A stretch of 64,000 nucleotides of DNA from Octopus vulgaris (Eukaryota): positions 112,468,001 to 112,532,000 of the forward strand of contig OX597816.1 of NCBI GenBank assembly GCA_951406725.2. The letters are read 5' to 3'. This document shows, one piece after another, positions 38,008 to 50,625 of the stretch (positions are counted from its first letter, which is position 1; the number at the start of each line of letters is the position of its first letter). A program made the translations under genes and the position numbers. Under the pieces are notes generated by a model, which ran no database searches, was not told the origin of the DNA, and worked only from the letters and a program-made list of their open reading frames with translations.

Positions 38008-40883
38008 ATTATTATTATTCATATACACACAGCATAGACTGTTTGAAAAGAAAAAATCCTAATGTCAGATTACAACAAGTAACCTTAGGTGCCAAGAACC
38101 TTCCTAAGTGTCCTAGCTATCCCTAATAACATTGTTTTCTGGAGCTGTACTAAACTGGGTTTTATGCCTATTTCTTCTATCAATCTGTTCAAATCTTTAG
38201 AGATAGTCCCCAATGCACCTATAACTACTGGGATACATTTTACCTACACTTACCATAGTCTCTGTAATTCAATGGCTAGGTCCTGGTACTTTGCTATTTT
38301 TTCTATACCTTTCATATTGATTTTTCATCATTTGGGACTGTAAAGTCAATTATCTGGCACTTTTTATTCCGTTTATCTATGACTACTACTAAATCATGCC
38401 TTCTAGCTTCTATTACTCTCTCTGTCTGAATTTTAAAGTCTCAAAACATCTTATATTCCTTACTTTCTAATGCTTTACTAGGATCATATTCAAAACCACT
38501 TTATCATTTTGTTCAAATCCTAGCTTTCTACATAACTCCCAGTGGATTACTCTCCCTAGATTGTCATGTATTTTCTTGTAGTCTTTCTGAGCTAGCATGC
38601 TACATTCACTTACTATATGAGTAAAGCTTTCCTCTTTTGATTTACATAGCCTACATTGGGAATCTACTTGGCTTTTATCCACTTAGTCCTTAATGTTTAA
38701 TCTTGTGCTGCTATTAAATTTTCTCTCTCCATTTTCAACCTTCCTTTCTACAACCATAACCATGTCTCACTACTACCATTTGCTGCAACTATCTTTGGGA
38801 ATCTACCATGCAAAGCCTTCTCCTACCAGTCAGATAACTTCTGTCCTTTTTTCCAGATTTTAACTTCATTTGGGTTTTTGGTTTCCCTATGTCTTGCTGT
38901 GACTCTAGGAGCTTTTAATAAACTTTCTCTGCTATTACTATATAGGAATCTATATCTACTTTAGCTAACTCTATGTAGTCTTCTACTGATATTAACCCTC
39001 TTCCACTTATCTTTTTTAGTAATTATAATCCTGCTACTTCTGCCTTTGGGTAGAATCCTCCATTCATATTGAATTCCTTCCTAGTTCTTCTGTCTAGTTT
39101 TGCTAATTTAGTTTTTGTCCAATCTACAAAAGCTGCTGAGTATCTCAGTAATGATTCTGCCCCGGTATTTACAGCCTTGACTAGATTTGGACCACATAGC
39201 TTTGACTTCATTAGCTTCCTTACTGTTCTGATCTACTCCTTCTCAATTTTCACTTTCATTTCTGTAGTTAGTACTCTGTCAGATTCTAATACTCCTAGAT
39301 ACTTATAACTCTCTCTTTTCAATGATTTTAATGTCTGGCCATCTGGTAATTGGATGCCTTCACTGTCGACTACCTGTTCTCTTCTAACTAATATTGCACA
39401 CTTATTTATGCTGAATCCTATACATATATCTTTGTTGAAGAATTTTACAGTCTGTATTAAGGAATCTCTCTCTTTTTCACTCTTACTAAAAAGCTTCAGA
39501 TCATCCATGTAGAGCATGTTAATTTTTCTTTACTATTTCCCTGCCTTTGCCTTCCTTAATACTAAACTGAAGGGATCAAACATAAGACATATTAAAGGAG
39601 ATAATGATTCTTCTTGGAAAATTCCTCTCTTGATATTAACTTTCCCTAAGACTGTCACCTGAGTAGAGATCTACTTCCCATTTCTTAATGCTAAAGCTAA
39701 TTAATTTGCTTATGTTGTCTGCTATACTGAATATACTCAAACATTCACTTATCCATGAGTGTTTTATCATGTCATAGGCTTTCTTATAATCTATCCATCA
39801 TATTGTTAGTTTTATCATTCTAAGTTTTACTTCATTTAGAACTTCTTTATCTATGTATAATAGATCATGTGTTCCTGTAGCCTTCTTCCTGCAACCTTTC
39901 TGTTCTTCTGGCAATAAATTCTGGTTGTCAAGGTGCACATAAATGCTTTCTGAAAGCATTCCTATTAACAGCTTCCATAGTAGTGGTAAGCATGTGATTG
40001 GTCAATAATTGCTAGCTGTATTATGCTTGCTTTTGTCTTTCATAAGGTGTATTGTCCTTCCTCCAGTCATCCAATCTAGTATATTCCTCCATTAATGCAA
40101 GCCTGGAATGTTCCCTCAGCCTCCCATATAAACTACTAAATTTCTTTAGCCAGTACCCTTAAACTAAATCTGATTCTGGGTCCTTCCAGTTCAGCATTTT
40201 TCGTAACACTTTACTCATTAATGCACCAGTTAGTCTTAGATGTGGTTGCTTCTCGCTCACTACTTCTTCCATCACTATTTTTAACCACACTGCATTATGA
40301 TTAACTGGCTTATCCTAAATATTACTCCAGAACTTTCTTGCTTCTTCTGCATTAGGTATCTCATCTTCAGTACTTCATTCTCCACTATTTATTTGGTTAT
40401 AAAATCTCTGGTCTGTCTTAAATAACCTGTTCTGTTGATACTAATCTATTTCAAATCTTTTATGACTGTCCCAAATCCTTTCTCTTTGACTAAGTATCTT
40501 TTCTCAAGAGAAAATTTGCATCTTGTGTTTCTGAAATTATTCAGTTTCTAGGCTTCTATTCTACTCAAATCTTGTCTGTCATTTGTTTGTAATTTCCTTA
40601 TCCACATCTGCTCTTTTTTAATCTTTCCTTGTGGAATATCTAATCTAATGACTACTGCCCCTCCTGCATAGATCAATAAATTAGTGTCTCCTATATTTTT
40701 AGTATCTATCCTACTGATAACAGAATCTACTTTCCTAGTCATATCTAGCAGCTTCCTTCTGTTGGTACCTTTTAATGCTAGCAATCTTTTTCTTACTTTT
40801 TTACTCATTACTTCCTGCAACTCCTCTAAAATCTTCTGATCTTCCTCACTTAAATCATTAAAGTCACTGGTGCTAGTTGTCAT
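38008..40883 (-). mobile_element. Degenerate R4/Dong-clade non-LTR retrotransposon (RT, CCHC knuckle, restriction-like endonuclease)
   Basis: EQKGCRK, IDYKKAYD, KRGIFQ, LYMDDLKLF, YKYLGVLE, CRLC..E...HIVSEC, RHDLVV..IIDF..KYQDLA, PVVIGALGT; 3' end in (TAA)n; many stops and frameshifts. Confidence 0.85.
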
Positions 40884-41005
40884 CAGGGTTAGGTACTACA
40901 TCAGGGCCTGATACTGCATCAGGACCTGGTAGTGCTTCAGGGCCTGGTACTGCTTCAGGGCCTGGCACAGCATCATGCCTGGTACATCACTAAGGCCTGG
41001 TACTG
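40881..41005. repeat. 18-bp minisatellite (CATCAGGGCCTGGTACTG), about 7 copies
   Basis: Directly visible tandem units at the 5' side of the R4-like element. Confidence 0.85.
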
Positions 41006-41034
41006 ATGCATCTTGGTACCAACAACTGAATGAA

Positions 41035-41148
41035 CAGGAGCAATATGAAATAAAGTGTCTTGCTCAAGAATGCAACATGGTCCAGGAATGAAACTCACAA
41101 CCACATGATTGTAAGCCCAATGCTCTAACCAGTGTGACATGTGCCCTT
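41035..41148 (-). mobile_element. SINE family C head fragment
   Basis: gaaataaagtgtcttgctcaagaa is the reverse complement of the core at 23555-23580. Confidence 0.6.
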
Positions 41149-41339
41149 ACAACAATGACATAATCACTATATATATTTATCTATTATGAAGCATCACCTT
41201 TCTTACTCATTGTGCCTTGACTAAGGTTCCCTATGAGTCCTAAACCTCACAATCTCTAATGATCTTCTATAGCAATATTACATATGTAATATTAACAAAC
41301 TTAGATGTCTTTTTTAGGACCAAAAATGCTTCAGAATTA

Positions 41340-41700
41340 ATCAGTTACCGACTTTCTACAAAGTTTGAGAGCAATTATTCATTAGAGCACTGCTCGCATA
41401 TCTGGGAACAATCCAGATGTTACAAACACACATTCTTGACTGCATAAAGGATAAAGGCTATCCATTCGATGTGTGACACTTTACTTACCAACACATTACA
41501 ACCACTAACTCACAGATTCAATATTTCAACCATCTTCCTCATCTACAGCCTCTACAATAATCTCTGCTTTTCTGAAGTAAAAAGCTGCCTACCACTAAAT
41601 ACACTTACCTTTCTTCTTTGCATTTTCTCTACTTCATCTCACCCTACCTAGATCCTGTACTAAGCACTTCAACCATTCCTTCTGCTTCAGTGCCACAACT
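41340..41700 (+). pseudogene. Highly degenerate LINE (L2/Jockey/CR1 group) ORF2 C-terminal remnant
   Basis: LEHCSHIW..; LTNTLQPLTHR..STIFLIY..YNNLCFSEV resembles LEYCSHIW..LQPLSHRR..LFYRYY...CSSEL. Confidence 0.5.
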
Positions 41701-41799
41701 TTTCAAAATTTTCTTCTCCTCCCACATTTTTCCTGTTGATGCCAATTGAATATTAACCTTGTTGGTTTTACCAGCCATCTCTTCTGACTAGCAATTCTA

Positions 41800-42080
41800 T
41801 CTATCTGTATATATGTGTGTGTGTGTATGTATATATGTACATATATAAATATATGTGTGTGTGTATATATATATATATATATGTGTGTATGTATATATAT
41901 ATATATATATATATGTGTGTATATGTATATATATATATAAGTAAATATATATGTGTGTGTGTGTCCATGTATAGATATGTGTGTTTGTGTCCGTGTGTAT
42001 ATGTAGGTATATGTGTGTGCATGTATGTATGTGTATGTATATATATATAGCTGAGTGTGTGTGTATATATATATATATTT
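41800..42080. repeat. (TA)/(TG) compound microsatellite
   Basis: Direct observation. Confidence 0.9.
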
Positions 42081-43374
42081 ATGGTTAGCTAGTACTTGTA
42101 TGAAAAATTCTTATGGTGTACTGAAGTGAAAAAAAAAAAAAAAAAAGATAAAATTACTAAATATGAAGTTGCAAAATGACTTTCAGAACATGATGCTTAT
42201 ATTTTTCAATAAAATTCCAATGATCATGATAATATTCTACAACTTCCTAAATTTCTATCAATGAGTGGGAGTGTCACCTTTTTTAATATTTTTATTTTCA
42301 ACATACGGACTTGTTCATTGAATAGCCAGCATGGAATTATGCTTTCTCTTCTTCTATAACTGGTGATATTCAGAATGAACTGTTTCATACGCATACGCTA
42401 GTTCATACACGCACACACACACACACACACATGGGTGAGTCTGTGTGTGTATTTGTGTATCTACATTGATTAATATCATTCACTGTTGAAGCACTTATTA
42501 ATTTTATTGAATTCTAATAATTAAGAAAAATAACAATTTCTTTTCATTTGTTTTTATATATATGTATTTATTCAATATAGTACATTTCATATAAATCTGT
42601 TAGAAAAATTTTCATTTTTTTTTTCTTTATTTTTATGGTTTCTTTTTTTTTTTTAGTATTTCCTTCTCTAAATTATATATTTTTCTTTCTGCTAAAGAAT
42701 AATGTATATTTATTTCCATATGATTTGTTACTTTAATGAATTAGAATAATGAACTATTGCTTTGATATTTGTCTCATGAGCAACATTTGAATAATTCTTG
42801 CTTTGGCTTTAGTTCATTACAACAGATATCCAGGCTTTTCTGGCCTTAAGAATAAGGGGAAAATATTGTATTTATTATGATCAGTGTTTCTCTGATCATA
42901 TCTAATGTTTGTTTATTCAACTAGAAATCTTTGTAATAATTGTTAATTGCTATTCTCAAACGTCATGAGTTTGAAAAGTAGTTAAATAAGCTAAAAATCA
43001 ATGCAAACATTTCAAAAGGCTCTTCTCAATGCTGTCAATTATGTTGCCTTCGAAGTAGATAAGGAATTATGATTGAAATATGTGTTATTGTTACTATTAA
43101 AGGAAATTACTTTAATCTAAGAGATTTGAAGCAGCAGTCATCAAAAAGTTACATTGCAGTGATTTACTTTGTCTCAATCTCTTTTGTACAGGAAAAATAT
43201 GTTAATGATAAACTACATGTTAATGTGAAGGAAAATCTTTTGTCAGATTTCAGGAAATATTCACAATTATTGAGAGTTTGATTTATTATTATGGTTTTAG
43301 AAGGGAATACCACATTGAAAAAATATATATATAATTGAAAGAGGTGTGGTATAGTAGCAGTAGATTAGTTGTAT

Positions 43375-44333
43375 TTGTGTGTGTGTGTGAGTGCGTATAT
43401 ATATATGTATGTATATATGTATATATATATGTATATATGTATGTATGTATATGTATGTATATATATGTATGTATGTATATATGTATGTATATATATATGT
43501 ATATATGTATGTATGTATGTGTATGTATATATGTATGTATATATATATATATGTATATATGTATGTATGTATGTGTATGTATGTATGTATGTGTATATAT
43601 GTATGTATGTATGTGTATATATGTATGTATGTATGTGTATATATGTATGTATGTATGTGTATATATGTATGTATGTATGTGTATATATGTATGTATATAT
43701 ATGTGTATGTATGTATATATATATATGTATGTATGTATATATATATATATGTATGTATGTATATATATATATGTGTATGTATATATATATGTGTATGTAT
43801 GTATGTATATATGTGTATGTATGTATGTATATATATGTGTATGTATGTATGTATATATATGTGTATGTATGTATGTATGTATATATATATGTGTATATAT
43901 GTATGTATATATATGTGTATATATGTATATATATATGTGTATATATGTATGTATATATATGTGTATATATGTATGTATATATATGTGTATATATGTATGT
44001 ATATATATGTGTATATATGTATGTATATATATATATGTGTATATATGTATGTATATATATATATGTGTATATATGTATGTATATATATATATGTGTATAT
44101 ATGTATGTATATATGTATGTATATATATATATATATGTGTATATATGTATGTATATATGTATGTATGTGTATGTATATATGTGTATGTATATATATGTAT
44201 GTATATGTATGTATATATGTGTATGTATATATATGTATGTATATGTATGTATGTGTATGTATATATATGTATGTATATGTATGTATGTGTATGTATATAT
44301 ATGTATGTATATGTATGTGTATATATGCATATA

Positions 44334-44374
<41 letters not shown>

Positions 44375-44376
44375 AT
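43375..44376. repeat. ~1-kb (TATG)/(TA) compound satellite
   Basis: Direct observation; source of the YIH/MYV pseudo-ORFs. Confidence 0.95.
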
Positions 44377-45639
44377 GAATTTAAACATGCCAGATATTGA
44401 AGCAGTTTGTGATAGAGAATTTAATAGATTAAAAAAATTTTTATTTTGGTATTTTATTTTTTGGGATGTGACTTGATAATTTTGTGACCATTCTAAGATC
44501 CTTGGTATAGAAGGAAGTTTGTATGGTGTACAAGCAACAACCTACACTGGAAATAATACTGTATGGATCTATAACTGATAATGTGCTAGTTCACACATAT
44601 ATATCTCTGCATATATATAAATAGAGAGAAGTGTGTATTTGTGTATCTACATTGATTATTATAAATCACTTATTAATTTTATTGAATTCTAATAATTAAG
44701 GAAAACAAAACAAAACAAAAAAAACAATATCTTGTATTTTTTAATGTATTTATTCAATTTTCTGTTTCATATAAATCTGTTTCAGAAATTCTCATTCTTT
44801 TAATATTGCCTTCTCTAAATTATAGTTAACTATAGTGTACTTTCAGTTCTCCTTAGTTCTGACAATGCATCCTAATTATTATTATTATTTTTTTTACATA
44901 GTTGTAGCTGTGTTGATGTGATCTTTAAAGACAGTACCACCTAACATATTTAGCAAGAATAGTAATTATATTTTTAATTGTTAACTGTTCATAAACAAAG
45001 GAATGGAATTGCTGGTCTGTTTCAAAGAAAACAGAATAATGTTTGAAACTTGGCATTGTTAAATGTTGTGAGAATATTCAGTGTTCATTAAATTGTTGTG
45101 TTGAAGTAGATATGTAGAAAAATTGAGAGCCATTGATATTTGCATGATATATCACTTGAAATGATAGATTAACAGTCATGGTGATATGAATATTGTCTTG
45201 TAGGTAGAAAATGATTGAAATGACTCCTTTGTATTTAGCATAACTATAGTTTGATAAATTCACATGGAGAAACAAAAGCCATTGGAAAAGAAGATAATCA
45301 TAATCATCCAAATACAACAGGAATTTATTAATCCTTACACTTGATAATTATCAAAAGCTGAATACAGAGGAAATGGATGTCTAAGTGACAAATACTTTGG
45401 TGCTGCACACGAGAGTTTTATTGACTCTGAAGTTGATCGTATAAGCAAAATAGTTGGGAATTCTTGGATGAGATAAAATAAATTAAAAATGAGAAAAACA
45501 CAGAACATGGGAAGTTATATTTATGCTATAATTGCTTCAAGGTATTTTTTTTATATATTAAAATCTGTGATTAATCTGATGTAAACTTTTGCAAATGCAT
45601 TTTTATGCATCACTTTTGTTGCTAAATATTTTTTATACA

Positions 45640-46020
45640 CCTGGTGTAGTTCAGTGGTCAGAAGTTTGCTTCTCAATCACATGGTTCTGGGTTCAATTCC
45701 ACTGTGTGGGCACCTGGGGTGTTTCTTTTTAATGTAACTTTGGACTGACCAAAGCTTTGTGAATGGATTTGGTAGACTGAAATTGAAGGAAGCTCACTAT
45801 GTGTGTGTGTGTGTGTGTATGTACATGCACGTGACCTCATCACTTGACAACCAGTGTTAGTTTGCTTATTTCCTTGTAACTTAGCATTTTGATATCAGAG
45901 ATTGATAGAATAAGTATCAAGCTCTTAAAAATATATGTACTAGTCTTGAACACTTAACTAAAACTCTTCGAGTTGATACCCCAGCATGGCCGTAGTCCAA
46001 TGACTGAAATAAGTGAAAGG
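45640..46020 (+). mobile_element. SINE family A, composite copy
   Basis: Head, (TG)n, then 3' module (cttgacaacc..gtaacttagc..gatagaataagta..ccagcatggccgtagtc..tgactgaaa). Confidence 0.8.
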
Positions 46021-47794
46021 TGATTATCAGTTAATAAAAATATATTAAAAATGATAAGAGCAACTAACTTGATGATTCAGACCCTGGAGATGATTCAATA
46101 TTCAATAACAACTCATAAATGAAGCATCAACATTTAGGGATTAATATATCATTCTTTTAAGGAACATTTATAAAAATTCTCCATCATATCGTGACACATC
46201 TTTGGCTTTATAACATAAACTTAATGGGGTTAACTTTCACTGAAAGATGTCTTGATGCAAACATATTTGTATGACATGATTGTAAACTACAAAATAGATT
46301 TGAAACAGAATAAAGGAGAAGGAGAATATGAATGATTTATGATTCACTCATAGATCAAATTCCATTGAGGAGTGACATAAATTAGTCTCACTCATGGAAA
46401 TATGTTTTCAAAGAATTCATACAATTCTGGAACTGGACATCATAGAGGTGGAAGTCAACTCATGATGATGAAAGACTACTTCATAAACTCAGTAAATTCA
46501 TAGAAACATTTCAAGAGTCCGAAAAGTTCCTGTGCGTGCATTTGTTTTGAGTGGATAAAGTGTTGCATAGCACTGAACTCACTTTTCAATGCAATCAGCT
46601 ATAAAACGAGTGGAAGAACTGAGATGAAGATGATCAGAAACCAACTGCACTTTAGGATTTTTTATATGAATTTACCTTTTCCTTGAAAGGAGTTCTACTT
46701 AGAACTAGAACTAACATTCTAGTTAGGGTCCCATAGCTGGGACCTTAACAGGTGCTACTACTCCAAGTCAGAGTAGACCTAGGGAACAATTGTGGCTAAA
46801 CCCTGGAACTCAAGTTTTACCCTGGACATGGACATCATAGTGGGGTGTGTTTATTTGCCACTAAAAACTGGATTACATATACTCCTATCAAATTACGAAC
46901 AGGGTAAAATGCTTTATACTAGGCGATCTTAAGATAGATACTAAAACAAGAAATTGTTGCTCAAAAGCATGTACGGTGTGGTAACATGTAGCATGCTGTC
47001 ACTAATTATTTTGCTACCTATGTTAATCACAGGCAAATGAAGATACCCTCTCACACCTGTCATCTTACAGAACATTTAGTATGCAATAGTAAGAGTAAGA
47101 TGAAATGCCTCGCTCAAGGACATAGTGTAGCATGTCACCTGGTCTGAGCCCAACATCTTAACTGCTCAGCTACATTTTAATGGCTAAATTGACTGTTTTT
47201 TAAACTTATGATAAAGGTTTCAAACTTTGGCACAAAGCCAGCAATTTGTACTGAATGATACAGTTTACTGAATTAATTCTAGTACATGGCTGAATAATTT
47301 TTTTTTATTCGAAAGGTGATGTCAATCCTGGTAAGTCTGGAACTCAGAATGTAGGAACTAAAGCAGTAAAAGACAATTAGTCCAGTATTGTACTATTTTG
47401 GGAGTCTACTACCTTCTTCACTTTATATTATATCATTGAAAAATTTTGTTGCAAACACTGCAAAACACACAGTTAGCTTCTGGGAGATTAGAACTGTTAA
47501 TATGGTTTCAATCTACCTATACTGATTATTAGTTAAGGAAAGACATGGATGCTACAATACCTTATATCCTCACCCTTAGCAATTGTCCTTAACAGAAAGA
47601 TCTCTGTATTGAAAAATTATAAATATGTTGTGTATGGGAAACTCTTGGATAAATCTTGTTACCACTGCCTCAGTTTTACACTTTTTAGCTAATTAAAAAG
47701 TTAAGAATATAAGACACATTCATTCATAATAAGGAAAAGCATGCATACATTATTTACATTTGACAGATACTTGTCCTCGTCTTGTTTGTTGTTC

Positions 47795-47838
47795 ACACAA
47801 CATTTTGGCTGATATACCCTCCAGCCTTCATTGGGTGT
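47795..47838 (-). ncRNA. Minimal hammerhead, decayed (left arm)
   Basis: acac CCAATGA a ggctg-gagggtatat-cagcc AAAA tg TT gtgt. Confidence 0.55.
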
Positions 47839-47926
47839 CTTGGGGAAATTTTGAACCTAGGTTCTCATTCCTAAGGTATTTTTCAATGTTATTATTATTA
47901 TTATTATTAATTATTATTATTCAGGT

Positions 47927-47995
47927 CACTGCTTGGAATCGAACATGGAATCTTAGGGGTTAGTAGTCCATGCTCTTAACCACTATGCCATATGC
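47927..47995 (-). promoter_or_regulatory. tRNA-derived Pol III internal promoter (A and B boxes)
   Basis: Minus strand: TGGCATAGTGGTTAAGAGC (A-box) ... GTTCGATTCC (B-box). Confidence 0.75.
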
Positions 47996-48078
47996 ACTAA
48001 CCTGAATATTAATAAACAGCAATAATAGTATCAAAAAATACCTTAGGAATGAGAACCCAGGTTTGAAATTTCCCCAAG

Positions 48079-48122
48079 ATACCTAATGAAGGCTGGTGGG
48101 TATATCAGCCGAAACGTTATGT
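48079..48122 (+). ncRNA. Minimal hammerhead (right arm), G5>A variant
   Basis: atac CTAATGA a ggctg-gtgggtatat-cagcc GAAA cg TT atgt; palindromic stem III AACGTT. Confidence 0.65.
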
Positions 48123-50031
48123 TAACAACAAACAAGATGAGGACAAATATCTGTCAAATGTAAATAATGTATAAAATTCCTCATCTCTTAAATATAGATC
48201 TGTATTAAAGGCATGCATGTCACAAATATTTCATACCCCTTCTCTTAAAGTGGTAAGTTTTTACTGTTAGTCAAAAGTCACTGATACTGAAAAATTACTT
48301 TTGATTTATAGACATCTAATCATGTATGAGAATCACTTAACTAAAACTTGTTATTACTGCATCTCTTGTAAAGTTTCTAGTTAAAATCAAATTAAAGACA
48401 TGATGAGTTATAGTTAGTTGCAGAAATACATGAATCATTAATATGCTATGTAATCAATATACACGAATATATTCGTAGTCTTTTGTATTTGTTTTAAGGT
48501 TAATTTAATTTCTATAATTTTGTGCTCTTTCATTATCTTAGCTTTTTATCTTTAGTTTTAAAAAACGATTTCAGTAAGTAATTATTATTATCCAATCTTG
48601 GCAATGATTTTCTGTGTGATATTTGGAATATTAAAAAATAAGAATTAATTAATTTTATCCTAAATATATGTAGTTTTCTTTTGTTGTCATTTTCCTGAAA
48701 AAGAAAACAAAAGTAAAATTAATTGAATGTATTCTTTAATATTTTTTGTGTTGTATGTTGTAGGCAAGTTCGTGTATTTAAGTATAAATAAAGATTTCAC
48801 TTTCTCTTTTTGTTAAAATTTCTTTCTATCACTGTTTAAAATTATTTTGTGTGAAAGTTTTACAATTTTTATTCTAGAAATATAAACTAGACTATTAGAT
48901 AGTCTCCTTTTACACTTAAAGAAAAAAAATCTAAATTTCATTTCCTGAATATTTCTTCATTGTTTTTAGTTTTTAATTCTCTTTTATATTAATGTCCAAC
49001 TGCTAGAGGAGTCATGAATTTCCAGTATACTTCATGAATAATTCTTAATATTACAGAAAAAATATCACACTAGTTTTTTTTGTTTCATTGTTTGACTATT
49101 GATATTAGTTCTAATAGCATGATTATTTTCATATCGGTTTGCTGTATTTTCTGTAAGTTTCTACTTATACCCCCTCTTCCCTCTAGAAAAAAAAAGCTTG
49201 AAGCAAATGTGTTCACAGATTGTAAGATCTTTTACTGACTGATGATAGATGAAGGCAGATATTGTTAGCATCAATTTATATGTAAACTGAAGGAAGAATG
49301 AAATATGTATGTTATCATTTTTTATTGGCTTACATAATGTAAAGCCACCTGGTAGATTTTTATCTTCTGGTTTCAAGCAGTTACAGATTGTGAAGTTGGT
49401 TGTCAGCCAGATTTTTATGTCTAGCAAACACACCATAGTATAAACATAGCTTACATGAAACATAAAATGTATCTGTAGTTTGTAATGAACACTAAATCCA
49501 ACTGGTGTTTGTGCTGGTGTAAAAGCAAAGCGTCGAGAAATACATTTAAAAGTAGATCATGGACGATGAATCTTGTCTGTCATTTAAAATTGTTATGCAG
49601 TATTAATAAAATTGATCACTATCATTTATTGAGGAATTTGAATGAGTTTAGCTAAACTGAGTTTGAAACACCCGTACTGCAAAGAAAACTAAGACCACAA
49701 TTTAAAAAGAAAAAACTTTCCAGACTTGCAGTACAGATGTGCATACAAATGTCTACATTCCATGGTAAATGTAGCAAATACAATAAGAAAGAAGGCTTCA
49801 AAAATATGTAACATTTTTTAACAGTTCAATTTGAGGTTAAATAAACTTCATTAAGGGATAAAAATATCCAATGAATTTACTTGTTTCTTACCTGCTATTT
49901 ATTTTGAATATTAGTTTTAATAGTTAAAAATAGGTAATTAAATACACTGAGGTTTATATTTATTTAAGAAAAATAAGAAAATAGAGATAATTCAGTTAAT
50001 AATTATATTCATTACAAGAATAGACATAATC

Positions 50032-50109
50032 CCTGACAGCTGTTTCGATTCAGACTATAAAAATTAATTAAAATAATTAAATCATTATAAAGTTGAATCT
50101 CATTGGAGG
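50032..50109 (-). ncRNA. Minimal hammerhead with a long AT-rich stem II
   Basis: Minus strand: cct CCAATGA gattca...tgaatc GAAAC agct GTC agg; palindromic stem III ACAGCTGT. Confidence 0.6.
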
Positions 50110-50317
50110 TAGAAAAAAGATATACCATTACATTTTTATGTTTATGTGTTGAGTGTATGGAGTATTTTGGTTAACTGAGTATTGTTTTATAGAAAAATTT
50201 GGTATAGACCTTATAAAGCAGGGAAATGTATTATATTTAGAGAAGTAAATATAGAAAATAATAGAATATGCTTTTGGTAAGCATTAAAAGTATAAAGAAA
50301 AGTAATATATAGTAATT

Positions 50318-50625
50318 GGGGGCGCAATGGCTCAGTGATTAGGGCAGCAGACTCGCGGTCGGAGGATTGCGGTTTTAATTCCCAGACTGGGCGTTGTGTG
50401 TGTTTATTGAGCGTAAACATCTAAAAGCCCCATGAGGCTCCGGCAGGGGCTGGTGGTGACCCCTATTGTACTCTTTCGCCACAACTTTCTCTCACTCTCT
50501 CTTCCTGTTTCTTGAGTAATGCTGCAATGGACTTACGTCCCATCCAGCTGGGGGAACACATACGCCACAGAAACCAGGAAACCAGGCCCATGAGCCTGGC
50601 TAGGCTTGAAAAGGGCGATGAATAT
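50318..50625 (+). mobile_element. tRNA-derived SINE, near full length
   Basis: GGCGCAATGGCTCAGTGATTAGGGCAGC (A-box), GGTTTTAATTCCC (B-box-like); GC-rich body. Confidence 0.75.

Larger units (their letters stand above)
47745..48210. mobile_element. Fold-back element: ~180-bp inverted arms each with a hammerhead motif, enclosing a tRNA-like head
   Basis: 47745-47926 pairs with 48000-48172; tRNA-like segment at 47927-47995 (-); candidate TSD GCATGCAT at 47739-47746 and 48211-48218. Confidence 0.8.

Noticed and set aside
30598-44476. Long ORFs rich in Y/I/H/T or M/Y/V/C (up to 363 aa), also at 11457-11988
   Set aside because: Translations of stop-free TA/TG microsatellites; not genes.
47927-47995. 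Functional tRNA gene
   Set aside because: A and B boxes are present but the acceptor stem is not intact and it is embedded in a repeat; treated as a SINE-type head. The same applies to the other SINE heads.
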